DNA from: Antedon mediterranea | Lineage: Eukaryota; Animalia; Echinodermata | Direction: 5' to 3' | Length of the DNA stretch: 64,000 nt | Assembly: GCF_964355755.1 (NCBI RefSeq) | Contig: NC_092680.1 | Location: 992,001 to 1,056,000, forward strand | In this document: in pieces, positions 1 through 13,477 of the stretch | Layout of the letters: every line of letters starts with the position of its first letter | How positions within the stretch are numbered: the stretch's first letter is position 1 | Translations under genes and position numbers: made by a program | The notes under the pieces: generated by a model | Seen by the model: the letters and a program-made list of their open reading frames with translations, nothing else | What the model was told of the DNA's origin: nothing | The model's database searches: none

Positions 1-789
1 ATCTTTGCTTTTTAAATCGGTATCAGTAGAGAGGGCGTTATACCATTTAAAGGATCAGAGCCATAATATAAGGATGCATCCATGAGATTTGGGAGAACAC
101 AATCATGTACTAATTATTCTCTGTCAAATTAATATAATGCACGTATTAAGCAGATAACTGGCTATACCATGATTATTTGAACAAAAACGGTTAGCTTGGA
201 ATAAATAATGTAACTATAATTAATAATGAAATCGTTTGTTTCAGGCTTTGTATTCGTCCATGCTTCAAAATTAAATGATTTAATGTCACAGGAGTCGATT
301 CCCTTTTCTTAAATTAAATCATGGAGTTACTCCATGATTAAATACAGGACGGTGATACACTCGAATATTATAATATCAATTTAAATACCCTCGCACGAAT
401 AGGCTGAGAGAATCTTTTTGCCGTAAAAATAACGCCATTTTATTCTGTGGGATTCTTCACCCGAATCCGTAGGCAGGCTTTAACTGAGAGGCACTGGTGG
501 TCCACTAATTACGTAACGAAGAGATTAATAATTTAAACTAAACATAAAATTTACAACATCAAATACAGGTTGAAAAATAAATAAAATGTTCTATATTTGG
601 TCTTATTTTGACCCCCTATTAACCCCATACAAAAACTATCGGAGACAAACTATCTGTTTAAAACATGTTTATTCTGGGACGGTGCGGCCATACACACCAA
701 CTACCATAAACGATTATTCATAACATATTATAATACAATATCTTGCATGAATGATATTTCGCTAGCAATGTAGTAACATTGATTAATAA

Positions 790-1870
790 AATCAAAATTT
801 AACAGTGTGGCGTGTTGATCGCGAAAGACTAACAATACCATCTTTCCCACTACATCTGTATAAACTCATTTGCATAACAACGCACGGCATACCAAACTGC
901 TTCGTACTCCTGCCATGAAATATAATTCCATTCTATTACTAATTTCTTTTAAAATTGAGGGCGCCAAACATAAAATTTACGAGATCGAATGCAGGTTTAA
1001 AGAAAAAATAAATAAACAAAAAAGATGTTAAATGTGCTCTCCCTGCCTCAGCACTAAGGCCCTGCCACAGCCTTTTGGGGTCGTTTCCAGCACATCACCA
1101 GATGCATTGATGTTGTCGCCTCATGATGTGTGGTGGAAAGGGGGACGTATGATCTGTGAACTCCAAACACAGTGGCTCGCGTAGCCTTAACTCTATTCCA
1201 CCGACCAGCGTGAAAATCGAACCCACGACATACGTGTGTTAACACGACGCTCAGACGACTGAGCTAACTGATCATTTTGGTTTTAGCAAGGTTAATATGA
1301 CATTTATGACGTAATGATGAATTGCGTAATACACGTATAAATAGACTGGAGAGAGAGAGAGTTTAGTCATGTACGTCGTCGTGGCGTAACGGTTGATGCT
1401 CAGGTTTGAGTGCTCTCAGATTTAGATTGGGCCCGGTTCGGATATTTTTTTTTTTTTTTAATGGAAAATTAATATTGTTTTTCTTTTATTTTGACAGATA
1501 TTTAGAGGGTTGAAAATTTCAGGCCTAAACAAGTGAACCTTTTTTAAAATCAGAAATAAAGTGGTATGGCATTCATTTTCCATTAGACTGCCATAAATCC
1601 GCGGAAAGAAGCCCATGTACTCCTTCATTTTTTTAGTACTCCTGGGTGGGCTTCTTTTTCCACATGCATTTATTTTCGAGATTACTTTTGCAAACTAAAA
1701 GAGGCTGCCATGTTCCCGTCCGGGAAATTGTTTCTTTACATGATTTGAATATCTTCTAATGTAAAGATTAACAACATCAAAATTTAACAGTGTGGCGTGT
1801 TGATCGCGAACGACTAACAATAACATCTTCTACACTGCATTTGCATAACAACGCACACGGCATCCAAACT
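790..1870 (+). repeat. Pair of ~100 bp imperfect direct repeats (about 790-898 and 1776-1870)
   Basis: ATCAAAATTTAACAGTGTGGCGTGTTGATCGCGAA.GACTAACAATA.CATCTT...CATTTGCATAACAACGCAC..GGCAT.CCAAACT occurs twice about 985 bp apart. Confidence 0.8.
1020..1273 (-). mobile_element. tRNA-derived SINE-like element (tRNA-like head 1203-1273)
   Basis: Minus strand reads GATCAGTTAGCTCAGTCGTCTGAGCGTCGTGTTAACACACGTATGTCGTGGGTTCGATTTTCACGCTGGTC: A box, B box and a pairable acceptor stem (GATCAGT/GCTGGTC). A GC-richer body and a T-rich tail follow. Confidence 0.6.
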
Positions 1871-2939
1871 TTTCCAGAAAACAAGATATCGGCAAATGAG
1901 TGAGAAGCGAAATGTCTAAAAACATAATCACCATCGCGTGGTTCACGATTTGGTAATATATATATATATATAAATAGTATGTTAATTAAAATAAATCATT
2001 ATTATAAAATTGCTTATTATTTAATTATCATGGTAATATTTATTTTGTCCGAAAAAATTAACCAATGGTTAGAACAGATTTTGCACATTTGAAATTTCAG
2101 TAATAATACAAAAATAGTGAATTAATCGTCATGGCAGTTTAAAAAAAAATTGTTGTTGAACTGTTTATGTCATTTGGTTCTCCCGTCGTTGTATATGGAA
2201 GGAAAAAAGATAAAAGTATTAAAACTATTATTGCCTTATTAAGAATTCTAGCATAAAAGCCTATCCTGACATCTGTAACTAATTTTAACATATTGAAATA
2301 ATAACATATAACATTGGAATTCAAAAATATTGGATACGCCGAAATTCATTACTGATAAAAGATTAGATTTATTAATTTATTTATTTATTTATTTCACGTT
2401 ATTTATATTATTTCTAAACAAATTTGCTTTAAAATCATAATATTCATAACATCTGTAGTAGTATATTGTACTGATTACAATTGTTCTTGCCCCCAAATAT
2501 TATTTATTTAGTTTATTTTGTTTATTATGATAAAAATGTTCATGTTGCCTTTTATTATAGGCCCTAGTTATTCATATTATGGTGTTTGAAATATTGCGAA
2601 TAAGTACGGCTTTAGATTTATGCATTCAGCAAATTAATCTGTTTAAGTTTAAATATTATGAATTAAAACAAGTTTACTATAGTAACTTTAAAATAAATAT
2701 GTAATGACAAAGAATAGGATTTTATGAAACGTCGATTCGACTGCCACCTAACGTAAATTCAATCATCTAGACACCCTACGCTAATAGAATTGTCCAGGCG
2801 TTTTGAAGTCCTTACACATAATAACGACATAAAACATTGTTGTATGATCCTGGCAACTCTTCCACCATGAATAGCTCCCTCTAGTAAAAAAGTTCTTAAA
2901 ACTTCCTCTGGGCGGAGTTTGGTGTAGCATGCAGGAGAC

Positions 2940-3199
2940 ACGCGTACGCGTGAAAAAGTTGACCAATCGTTGTTCCGAGATAGTTCAGAATACGCGGGGG
3001 CAACAGTAATTATTGAGTAACCAATCAACGATTTGCAGCAAAAACAGTAACGACGATTTAGCCAATCACAGTTAGAATAAGTTCATCTAAAATGTGCATA
3101 TTAAGTTTTCGTCACGTTACCGACTCGGCGACTTACGTTGCCATTTCGTAAGTTGACGGCCACGAAGAAACATCAAGAGGGAGATTGAAGTTAGAGCAG
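2940..3199 (+). promoter_or_regulatory. Putative SLC17A9 promoter and non-coding first exon
   Basis: CpG-rich patch with CCAAT boxes at 2963, 3021 and 3062, then a strong donor CAG|GTAAGT at 3199/3200. A CRE palindrome CTGTGACGTCACAG lies at 3622-3635. Confidence 0.5.
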
Positions 3200-3801
3200 G
3201 TAAGTATTTTATTTGTTTAAAAATATGCACTAATACAAAATATTACGAGTTATCAATTATAATATAGACTTTTAGTAGACCCTAGCTCATAATTTAGTTA
3301 TTTATCTTATTTAATGACACATTTTTATACAGAAAATGTTGATTTTATGAACCACCTTCTTCGCCTAGCCTAGGCCTAGGTTAGACCTCGATCAACTCGT
3401 ATGCAATTTTAGGCAGTCCTGATGCTATTTTGGCCTACAAATTTGCAAATTTTTTATTTCAACACGTTCTATTACTATTTACAATACTGATTTCATCAAG
3501 ATAGTTTTTTTTTTCAATTTTAGCGAAAATAACTGAGCCTACATTGAGCTATGGTTTGTAAAAGTAAATCGCCGCGAACCGTTATTATCGTCTGCTCAGC
3601 GCGTTCACTGGTTTCCAGTCACTGTGACGTCACAGGTGTTCAGCGCGTACGTCGTCTGATTTTCTACTCGGCCCAATTACTCGCGGGAACGGAATTTCTT
3701 TTATTTAAAGACGAATATTTATTTATTTTTTGTTTATTTTTTTCAGGTCTTACTTCCAGTCCTCAGACTGCTGACTGGCATTATCATTCCTGTTGTGCTT
3801 C

Positions 3802-4313
3802 ATGGAAGGCAATCGCCGCCAAAAATACAAAAGTAAAACAAACAACGTATACTTGCACAAACGAACAACGTAATTTCACAAACGAACGATCTAAACTAAA
3901 ACAAAGAACGTACTTTCACAAACGAACAACCTACTTTCACAAACGAACAACCTTCCTCAGGTCATGTGGTGTTTTTATACCCGACTTAAAAAATAGACGA
4001 GTCCTTAGTTCATTCGGCAATCTACATCGTTTGGTAAAGCAGGTTGTTCGTTTATCAATGTACGTTGTCCGTTTGTAAAAAATACGTTGTTCGCGTAAAA
4101 GTAGGTTGTTCGTTTTTTAAAGTACGTTGTTTGTTTTACATTAGTTCGTTCGTTTGTGAAAGTAGGTTGTTCGTTTGTGAAAGTACGTTCTTTGTTTTAA
4201 TTTAGATCGTTCGTTTGTGAAAGTAGGTTGTTCGTTTGTGAAAGTACGTTGTTCGTTTGTGAAAGTACGTTGTTTGTTTTACTTTTGTTTTTTTGGCGGC
4301 GATTGCCTTCCAT
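3802..4313. mobile_element. Foldback/MITE-like element with long inverted arms built of ~22 bp subrepeats
   Basis: Termini ATGGAAGGCAATCGCCGCCAAAAA...TTTTTGGCGGCGATTGCCTTCCAT. The arms carry CACAAACGAACAAC(C/G)TACTTT units on the left and their reverse complements on the right. Confidence 0.85.
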
Positions 4314-4386
4314 ATCATACCTCACTCTCTCTCAGCGCGACGTGGATATTTTGTTGTGGTCGCCGTATGTGTGTTGTTTTTAAAAG

Positions 4387-7300
4387 ATGGTGGACCCAAA
4401 TCAAGCCCTTTTTTCTGCAGACGATGGTACCTTCATTTCAGTTCCCGAGAAAGAAAAACTGTTAAATAACCATAAGGCCAATGATGTGGCATCTCTTCAA
4501 ATAACTCTTGAAAATGATGACTTGAAGCAAAAATCAGAAGTTTGGAACGAGTAAGTATGCCCCCTCTTAGGCCTAGGCTAGGCCTCCTAATATTATCTAC
4601 GAGGAATGAAGGTTGTGGGGACACACAGCTGTTTTTCAGGCGAAAGATTATGCCAGTGACATGTATATATGGCCTAGGCCTAGTCATCAATACTACTAGG
4701 GTTAGTAAATGGACGTATTCAGTAGTATTTACATGTGCTGTTTGTATCATGAAGGTCTGGCATGGCAGACAGTAATAAATGCCAAAGTTTACATTTTTTT
4801 AAATATCTTTTTTTTAATTTTGTGTTTGATATCAAATAAAATAAAACAATATTTAGATGTTGACATGACATATGATATATAGGTAGGTAGTCTATTATTT
4901 ATTAAGATTTAAGGTCTCTAGCTACATAGTTTACTTTTATTTATAGCAAAGAACAATGGCAGTGGATGATATCATTGTTTATTGGCACCACGTTGCTTTA
5001 TGCTCAAAGGACGGCTTTACCAGTTTGTGCGGTCAGTGTTTCCAGCGAATTTGGATGGGACAAAGCGCAGACGGTAGGTATTTTTTGTTTGTAGGTGACA
5101 TTTATTTTACAAATGTAACAACTTGACTTCAATTGGTATTCATTTTTAAAATAAATTGTGGCAAATTAACTATGCCTGTGTGTGCATTTTTCGTCCGGTT
5201 AAAAATGTTACATTGTATACTGCTTTTCTTTTTAGGGTCTTGTACTAAGCTGCTTCTTCTGGGGTTATACATTGACCCAGGTTGTCGGAGGTTATACTAG
5301 CGATAAGGTCGGCGGTGATCAGGTGATCTCAGCGGCCATGTTGGTAACAGGTATCATCACATTGATTACACCAGAAGCAGCGTACTACTTTGATGATAAA
5401 TCAAGCACAATGCTTCTTCTTATATTGCTTAGATTTTTCATGGGTGTTACTCAAGGTAAGATGGTTGAGTATTTAAGATAAGCACTCTACTTGTAACAAG
5501 AACATAATATCAAATTTGATCCATATTAATTATTATCATCAAAAACTACATTATAAACCACAATAAGTACTGTCGTTGGATAAAATGTTGTTATCTGGAA
5601 AATAAAGTTAAAAATTAATGTTTATAATATTTATTATTATAAAAACTCCAGATTGCTACACAGATGGAAGCAAAAAACCCAACTACTCTTTGTGTGTTCA
5701 ATATCTGCTCACTGCACTAATACCAATATCACCTATTTATTAATGAAAATATCATACAGTACATGCAAATGTCCCAACACATGCTTTAACTATCATCACT
5801 GAATGGCTGTTTTGAAATGAAAATTTTCTTTTCTCTAATTTAAAATGCTATTTCATTTTTTTCATTTCATAGTAACATTTATTTCCTTCTTAATATACAA
5901 TATATAAATAATACAATACAAAATTCATAACGAGAACTAAGGTAGTTAAAACAATACAATTTTTTTTTTCATCTTTAAAATGAATAAAACAATATATATA
6001 TATATATACAAATTTGATTCAATTAAATTTCTTTTATTTCGATTCATCCATATAAAAAAAAAAATAAAAAACAAACAAATTTGCAAACGCTAAGCTTAAA
6101 TATATAGAATACTCCTCTATCTACAATACATGTTTTTATTTATTAATTACAGCAGTACTGATCTTGTGTTGTTTTTTTTAGCATTTCATTATCCTGGAAT
6201 GACGAGTCTAATGTACAAGAGGGCGCAACCTGAAGACCGCTCCCGTGTAATTGGAATAGTTTACTCAAGTGGTTACGCTGGGTAAGAACATTATTATCAA
6301 ATGTCCACCTTTATTTTTCTCTATTTAATTATTGTGCAGTGACCTCATTGTAATTGTTTTTTTTTTCTATTTTGTTAATGTTGCTCTTTATTTCTAGACT
6401 TATTTTGACCGCTATCAACATTTATATATATTTATTTATAAGGAAATATATGTATTATTTGTTGAAAATCAATAAACAACAACGACATATTGCCAATGAA
6501 TAATTAATAATATGTTGTATGTAATTATGTTTTTTACATTGGTAGCTGGGTTTAAATATAGCATTATATATTATAATATAGTAATAACAAATAAATTAAA
6601 GCATACAAATAAATAATAAGATGTATATTGTTGCATTTTGTCTCCTAAAGACAATATGTTGTAAATTCACAACATTATTTTTGGCATTGGGCCAATTTAT
6701 TTGTTTTGCATGAAGTACTGATATTGGTGTTAATACACATTTATGTTGCTTTTTAACTACGTAGTATAAGTAAAAATTGCCATATTATTTCTAAATCCTC
6801 TAAATTAATCAACTATTCAAACAAATATTAATGCAATACTTTAATACCAAAAGAGTATTTTCTTAAATGTTGTATTTTTTGGGGAATTAACTGCAAAATA
6901 TCTTTAATTAATGATTTTAATTTGTTTATTTTCAGAACTGTTTTATCTGGAAGTTTAGGATCTGTTTTACTGGAAGTATTTGATTGGCATGTAGTGTTTC
7001 ACATGTTTGGTCTTGCTGCTCTTGCCTGGGCAGTATATGTCCGTACCTACATGTTGAAGAAATCTTCAGTTATAATTTTAAATCAAAATGGCACAAGTAG
7101 AGAGAAAAAACGATCATTCCGCTCATCATCGGAGCCTATACAGTGGAAGAAACTAATCAAGCATAAAGCTTTTTGGTAATTTAATTTTGTACATTTTTAA
7201 TTGGGGCAGAGGTTGTACATGGAACTCAACTTGATTGGTTGGCTAATTTTGATAGTATAGACAGAGCTTTATGCAACTGATAACATTATAATTTTTCCTT

Positions 7301-8832
7301 TGTTTTTTTCCACAGGGCTATGTTAACTGGTCATTTTTGCCTTAACTATGCTTTAGGAATTCTACTTTTTTGGCTTCCAACATTTTTCACAGAAAATTTT
7401 CCTGGGGAAAAGGTAAAAATTAAAATGTTTTACTTACTAAAATCTTGTTTTATTTTGATAAAGTGTTTCTTATGTTTTTGATTGAATGCATAAATTATTA
7501 TTGTTATATTTTTTAATACATTTGTGTATGAATTTTCCCAGGCCTGGATATTCAACGTTCTACCATGGCTGGCAGCTGTTCCATTTTCAATGGGTTCTGG
7601 CGTGATAGCTGACAAACTAATTGCTTATGGATACTCAGTTGGACTTACCCGCAAATTTATTCATGTAAGAAAAAATCTTTGCGACCTTTACCTAACCTCT
7701 TCAGGCTTCGTGGCCCATAAGGCTGCGACTTTATGTTACAAAAAAATGTGCCGGTGTATGGACTTGATCACTACCATAATTGGGCATATCAGTACCATAT
7801 TTGGGCACATCACTACCATATATGGGCACATCACACTTTTTTGTCAAACTAGTTTGATAGTGTAGACAGAGCTTTAGAAATAAATAATAAATATATAAAT
7901 TTGAGAGTGAAAATTGTAAAATTGTATGATTTGTGATCAAATATAAATTTTCAAATAATGTCATAAAACTTGGGTTTTTTCCAAATTTAGAAATAAATTA
8001 TAGACATTGTACTGAATCATATTTCTGTTTTAAATTGAGCAATCTATGGTAATAGATTTGGTTTTTTTTTTTTTCGTTTTTTTTTTCAGAGTATATCATG
8101 TCTATCTATGATTGTTTCATTAATGGTAGTTGGTTTTTCTAAATCATTTAAATTATGCGTCTTTTTAATGATGATAGCAGTTTCAGGACAATCATTTTCA
8201 AATGGTGGTTTAGTAAATAATCCTAATGATATAGCTCCTAAACATTCAGGGTTTGTTTTTGGTAAGTTTTATACTTTCTCACTTGATATACTGTACTTTA
8301 GTTATCCTTCAATTTTCCTAGATTAGATTGTCTCCCAGAGACAAATTTGAAAACTTGTTCCACTTAAACGGTCTACTATGTAGTGCACCACTGGTGGAGT
8401 TCCATGGATGCTGTTTAAATTTCCCTTTTAAAATTCTAGCATTATTGAGCCCAAAGATTTGTCAGTTTGCCATTTTCATTCTCGAGATTTCTGAATGAAG
8501 TTAATATTTTAAAAGAGATTGTTTTCACCTATAAGTCTATAATTGGTTGATTTTTGAATCATCAAATCTTTCTAATACCCCTTGGATTTTTCACTACAAG
8601 TCCCTGATAATATGAAAGAAAAAAACATAAAATAAATAATGTTTTTCTCTCTTTTTTTATAGGTATAATGAACACTTTTGGTGCAATAACTAGTTTTTTA
8701 GGTGTTTACATAGCAGGCTTTATTCTGCACCACACAAATAGCTGGGCTCTGGTGTTCACGTCTTCAGCTGGTGTAGTGTTTATAGGTTTCGTTTCGTTTG
8801 TACTGTTTGGTACAGGTAAACGTATCATATGA
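4387..8832 (+). CDS. SLC17A9: Solute carrier family 17 member 9 (vesicular nucleotide transporter, MFS), 9 coding exons, 470 aa
   Basis: Exons 4387-4550, 4947-5073, 5236-5455, 6182-6281, 6936-7175, 7316-7412, 7542-7664, 8090-8261, 8663-8832; all GT-AG and phase-consistent (1413 nt). Motifs LFIGTTLLYAQRTALPVC, FGWDKAQTGLVLSCFFWGYTLTQVVGG, WLPTFF, FNVLPWL, DIAPKHSGFVFGIMNTFGA and terminal FGTGKRII match the SLC17A9 pattern. The start codon is the least certain part. Confidence 0.92.
7718..7876. mobile_element. MITE family A copy (left end degenerate)
   Basis: Internal CATATTTGGGCACATCAC repeats and right TIR TTTGATAGTGTAGACAGAGCT. Confidence 0.75.
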
Positions 8833-8853
8833 ACAAGTAGCTAAAATATAGAT

Positions 8854-9083
8854 TTTTTGAAATCAAATTTTCGTTTTTCATGAAGGTGAAAACAAACGTT
8901 AAAACTTACCAACGTTTCGTGCGTTAGCATCGCACTTTCTCAAGGTAGTGGTGTCAGCTTGGTTTGCCGACACTGATCATGGCATAGTCACGTTGGTAAG
9001 TTTCAACGTTTGTTTTCACCTTCATGGAAAACGAAAATTTGATTTCAAAAATATTTTGGGATGGAGATGAATTTTTTCAATTT
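8854..9083 (-). mobile_element. Short Penelope-like insertion with an inverted duplication and a hammerhead-like motif
   Basis: Flanked by 12 bp direct repeats TAAAATATAGAT (8842-8853, 9084-9095). Inverted arms of ~63 bp lie at 8853-8915 and 8990-9052. The minus strand has TACC-TTGAGAA-A-GTGCG-ATGCTAA-CGCAC-GAAAC-GTT-GGTA. Confidence 0.65.
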
Positions 9084-11434
9084 TAAAATATAGATGAATG
9101 TATACCACCGATTAGTACAGATACCTCAATTGGACAAGTGTGATATTTACAGACTCCAAAATAATGACAAAAACACCGGATAATTCATTAAGCTATCTTG
9201 TGACATTATTTTACCCAAAATGTTTTCACTTTAAAATGTAAATATATGTAATAATTTAAAGAGCTTCTTGATTTCTAAACGTGCTGCACTGATTTATATT
9301 TTTCTCTAATGTGATATATCAATTATTTATCATTGTTTTTAAAACTTTTAATGAATTTAGATTTTCTTCACCCATAATTGACAACAACATATTTTAACAA
9401 CTTTTCCACCAGCCACTTTTAAACAGCAAATGTAATTTCTTGTTGGGCTATTAAATAAGTACTGATAAGTTGTTTAGGCAATTTACTTATGTTTGCCTCT
9501 CTCAACCCATGTGTATAAAATGGGTACTGGGTTAGAACAAGACACAACTGATTGCGCTGATTACTAGCTGCATTATGGGAGTACATTGCCATACATGTTT
9601 GATCCAAAAATGACTGGGTAATAATATGTACAGCGCTTAGTGGTGTCACAACATTAGGCACTCTCTCTATTTATTTGATACAGAAGACACAGAATATAGT
9701 AATTTAAAAATATCAAGGTATTCTATTATTGCCAGCATTTTCTATACATTGTACAATGCATGAAATTATGTATTTAAAAAAAAACAGTAACTTTAATCAA
9801 TTGTGTTATTTGTATTTTTAACCTTTTTATAGATTAATTTGTTATTATTATTATACGAATTCTGTACCCAGTGGAGAATCTGTCGTCTGAAGTTTACCTA
9901 TGTACTATCTTTGACGAATTTATGAAGAAATCAACCTCTGTGAATTTTTACCATTGCTCAAATGTTAAAAACTTCAACATGGGACCAGTAAACATATTAG
10001 TTATTAATCATTCCATAAAAAACAGAGATATATCTGATTTAAATAAGGTGCTTCACACATAATTTAATAAATATACTATTATATAAATTATTGGTGCAAT
10101 CTTGCCAGAGGAATTATTTAAAAATGTATAAAGTATCTTTTGTATAATATACTGAGGCTTTAAGAAAATAATGTTATGAAAACGCCGTGTTTATTGTAAG
10201 TTTCTTAGTCACATTTTAAGAGGTTTAAAAAAGAAGAATCACAGAATGAAACTCAATAGTTGTTGTTTATTGTAATACATAGTCACTATTTTCTCCACCA
10301 TTGTCATATGATTATTAAGTTTTCAAATCATAATTATGAATTTTGTTATTACATAAATTTCAAAATCATCCGTCAAAGTAAAACCTTGAAAAGGTTTAGA
10401 AAGAAATTAGTTGTAATGATTTAAATCATTTCCAATATGTAAATGTCTTTATTAATATTATCAATGTTGATATAAAAGTGTAGCCCTAACAGGGTTTAGG
10501 ACTAGTCAAGTTTAATCTATATAACATACTTACGGCTTGTCAAACTTTATTTTTTAATTGTACACCTAACATGGTTGTGGATGTGATTAAAATCTGGTAA
10601 AGATATGACAGAAATCCCAGAATGTTGAGTGTTGTGGACAAGAACCATTTAATGTATTTTCCCTGGCCATAAATCGTCAGACTTTGACTACTGTACATTG
10701 GCTGGGTAAAGTAGTACTCTATGTACTAGGATTACTTCATCAAGGTTCTCATGAATTATGGTATTTAATTTGACCTCTCTATGATATTCATATTTTTGAT
10801 AAATTGACCTCTGTTAATGTTATTCATATTTATGATAAATTGACCTCTCAACTATGATATTTATATTATTACAACACTTATTGTAAACAGAATGCAATTT
10901 ATGATAAATTCACAAATGTACTTTCATATTCAATACAACCATTAACCATTTGTAAACAGATTTAAAATAACAAAAACAGGCAAAAATCATATAAAATTTT
11001 GATTTTAAATGTCTGGTTAGTTACAATGAAACTTGTTTCACATAATGCAAATGCTAATGCCTATTATTCTAAATGGTGATGGAAGATTTTTGGGCCAAAA
11101 ACTCTTTATCCAAATTTATTTGTTTTGTGATGAGTTAAATAGCACGTTTCCAAGAGGTGGTATTATTTTTATATACATAGTATTTAAGGTGTAACATAAT
11201 TGAATATATTTTATAGATTATAGATGGTATTCAATGCATGCGTACCAAGTTTGTATAAATGTACTTATTTCTAAATAATTATTTTTAATAAATTGATATT
11301 TGTGTGTTGATAAATGAATCCAATAGAGTGGGTGTTATAGAGTAATGTGTACTCATGGAGGTGCTGAAAACATTCACCACAACATTCTTCCACTTTTAAC
11401 CAAGTATTTCTTCTTATTTGTTAATCTACTATTG

Positions 11435-11620
11435 TTAAAGATGTATTGTCCCCCTAAAACATGAAAATTGAAGATTAATAAAATCAGACGTTAAATATTC
11501 AATTTTTCAATTTCAAAAAGTTATTAACTTCTGTAATTTAAGTAGTTATTGCTTTACATTACACTTTCTTCAGTAAATTTTATTTTTTTCAATCCAGTTT
11601 TTGGTCAAAGTGAATTGCTA
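11435..11620 (+). mobile_element. Partial copy of the TTAA-flanked MITE seen complete at 63646-63952
   Basis: TTAAAGATGTATTGTCCCC..AAAACATGAA...TTTTGGTCAAAGTG is shared with the 63.6 kb copy. Confidence 0.65.
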
Positions 11621-12089
11621 TTACGTCCGGGCACATTGTTCATTTATATAATTACTTGTTTATAATGCGCACAGCTATTGATCAGTCAAACAGTTATTCT
11701 AAACACGCTCATATGTTTCTGCTGAGCATATGCATAGTGATGATGCATGATTTCTAATATAAACAGTATTGCTAACAAAACACATAGGCATCATAAAAGT
11801 ATAGCATGCTACAATTGTAAATATAAGCAGGTATAACATATCTGGAGAGGGATAAAAATTATTTTTAATGGTTGAGGTTAAGTACAGAGTACTGTACATT
11901 ATATTAATTTAAAAAAATATTAATTATAATCACTCAATATTTCCAGTGTTTTATGATTTCTATTACATTATTTATGTTACTTTTTGTGTATTCATTAATT
12001 TAATATACAACAAAAATGTATGAATCTTTTCCAATTGTTTTTTTTTTCTAAATAAAGTACTTTTGTAAACAAATTATTACTTTGTATAT

Positions 12090-12345
12090 TCTATGATGAT
12101 GATGATGTCATATCACTACCATATTTAAGCATATCACTACTATATTTGGGCACATCACACTTTTTTTGATAGTGTAGACAGAGCGTTAAGCTCTGTCTAA
12201 ACTAGTTTGACAAAACAAGTGTGATGTGCCCAAATATAGTAGTGATATCCAAATAGGATAGTGATATGACATCATTAGTGTATGCCAATATATGGGCACA
12301 TCACATTTTTTCTGTCACATAAAATTTAATAGTGTAGACAGAGCT
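12090..12345. mobile_element. Two abutting MITE family A copies (partial 12090-12185, full 12189-12345)
   Basis: TIR AGCTCTGTCTA...TAGTGTAGACAGAGCT with internal GTGATGTGCCCAAATAT repeats. Confidence 0.8.
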
Positions 12346-13330
12346 TAAGGGGTGATTGAGTACCAGCTCAAATTATCCTTTATTGGAATATTTTGTTGAA
12401 ATATCCATTTTTACTCGGGGTACCCAAGTCTAGGACTCACTCATTTTCTCCTCCATCTGGACACTATTGAGTAAAAAGTGCGATTTATATAGTACTACTC
12501 CTTCCTTAGTATTGAGCTGGTTAATATTGATAAACTCTAGAATAAACATAAAAAACAGGAACAAGATATAAATGTTTACATATAGTAGATTTATTGATTA
12601 AATCCAAGTTTGCATCTACAGCAAATAGCAATGTCTTGATACTAATATTTATAACAAATAATATAATAATATCGAAACAAACATTTATATTAGGGTTCAG
12701 TGCGGGCTAGTCAATTCCATCTTATAGAACATTTAAACACCATTTTAATTGAAGGCAATAGGCCTACTACTGTATACAATATTTTTTTATATATTTTTTA
12801 AGACCATTATAAATATACAGTAGAGGTGTTTAGTTTTACTCACAAGAAATGTAATGAGGGTTAGGGAGATATTTTGTATCAAAATGCTGTACTACTGTAC
12901 AATTTGTAATGCCTATTGTAATCCATATATTTTGTGGGTAAAATATCTGTACTATTACATTAGATTAAAGAAACATATTGAATTCTATAACTATTCCAAA
13001 TCTTAATGAAATAAGCAACCAATTACCACTGAATAAACAAAGCATTTATTGCAAGAAGCAAAGAGGTAATAAGTTCACAACCATAGATTGGTATAGGAAG
13101 AACTTGGCAGACAATGACATTTAAAGTTACATTCGACAATGCGGTCATAAAAATAACATGTTATGTAAGAATAAATATCTTAGTAGGTAATCTCTGTGTG
13201 TGGCTGCAATGCCGCCAACATATCTCACTGACAAAGCAGAACCTTAAAGAGACACCTTCAGGATCCAAACTTGGTGCACTGTTAAAACATAACATTTACC
13301 CGTGTACATTTTATGGTAAAGTGTCCCCTT

Positions 13331-13477
13331 TATACAGTATGAGTGTCCCCTTAATACAGTATGAGTGTCCCCTTAATACAGTATGAGTGTCCCCTTAATA
13401 CAGTATGAGTGTCCCCTTAATACAGTATGAGTGTCCCCTTAATACAGTATGAGTGTCCCCTTAATACAGTATGAGTA
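13331..13477. repeat. 22 bp minisatellite, about 6.5 copies
   Basis: Unit TACAGTATGAGTGTCCCCTTAA in tandem. Confidence 0.95.

Noticed and set aside
1203-1273. Functional tRNA gene
   Set aside because: D arm and anticodon arm are degenerate, and it continues into a SINE-like body rather than a terminator.
3551-4465. ORFs of 175 aa and 82 aa
   Set aside because: They are translations of the foldback element subrepeats and have no protein-like features.
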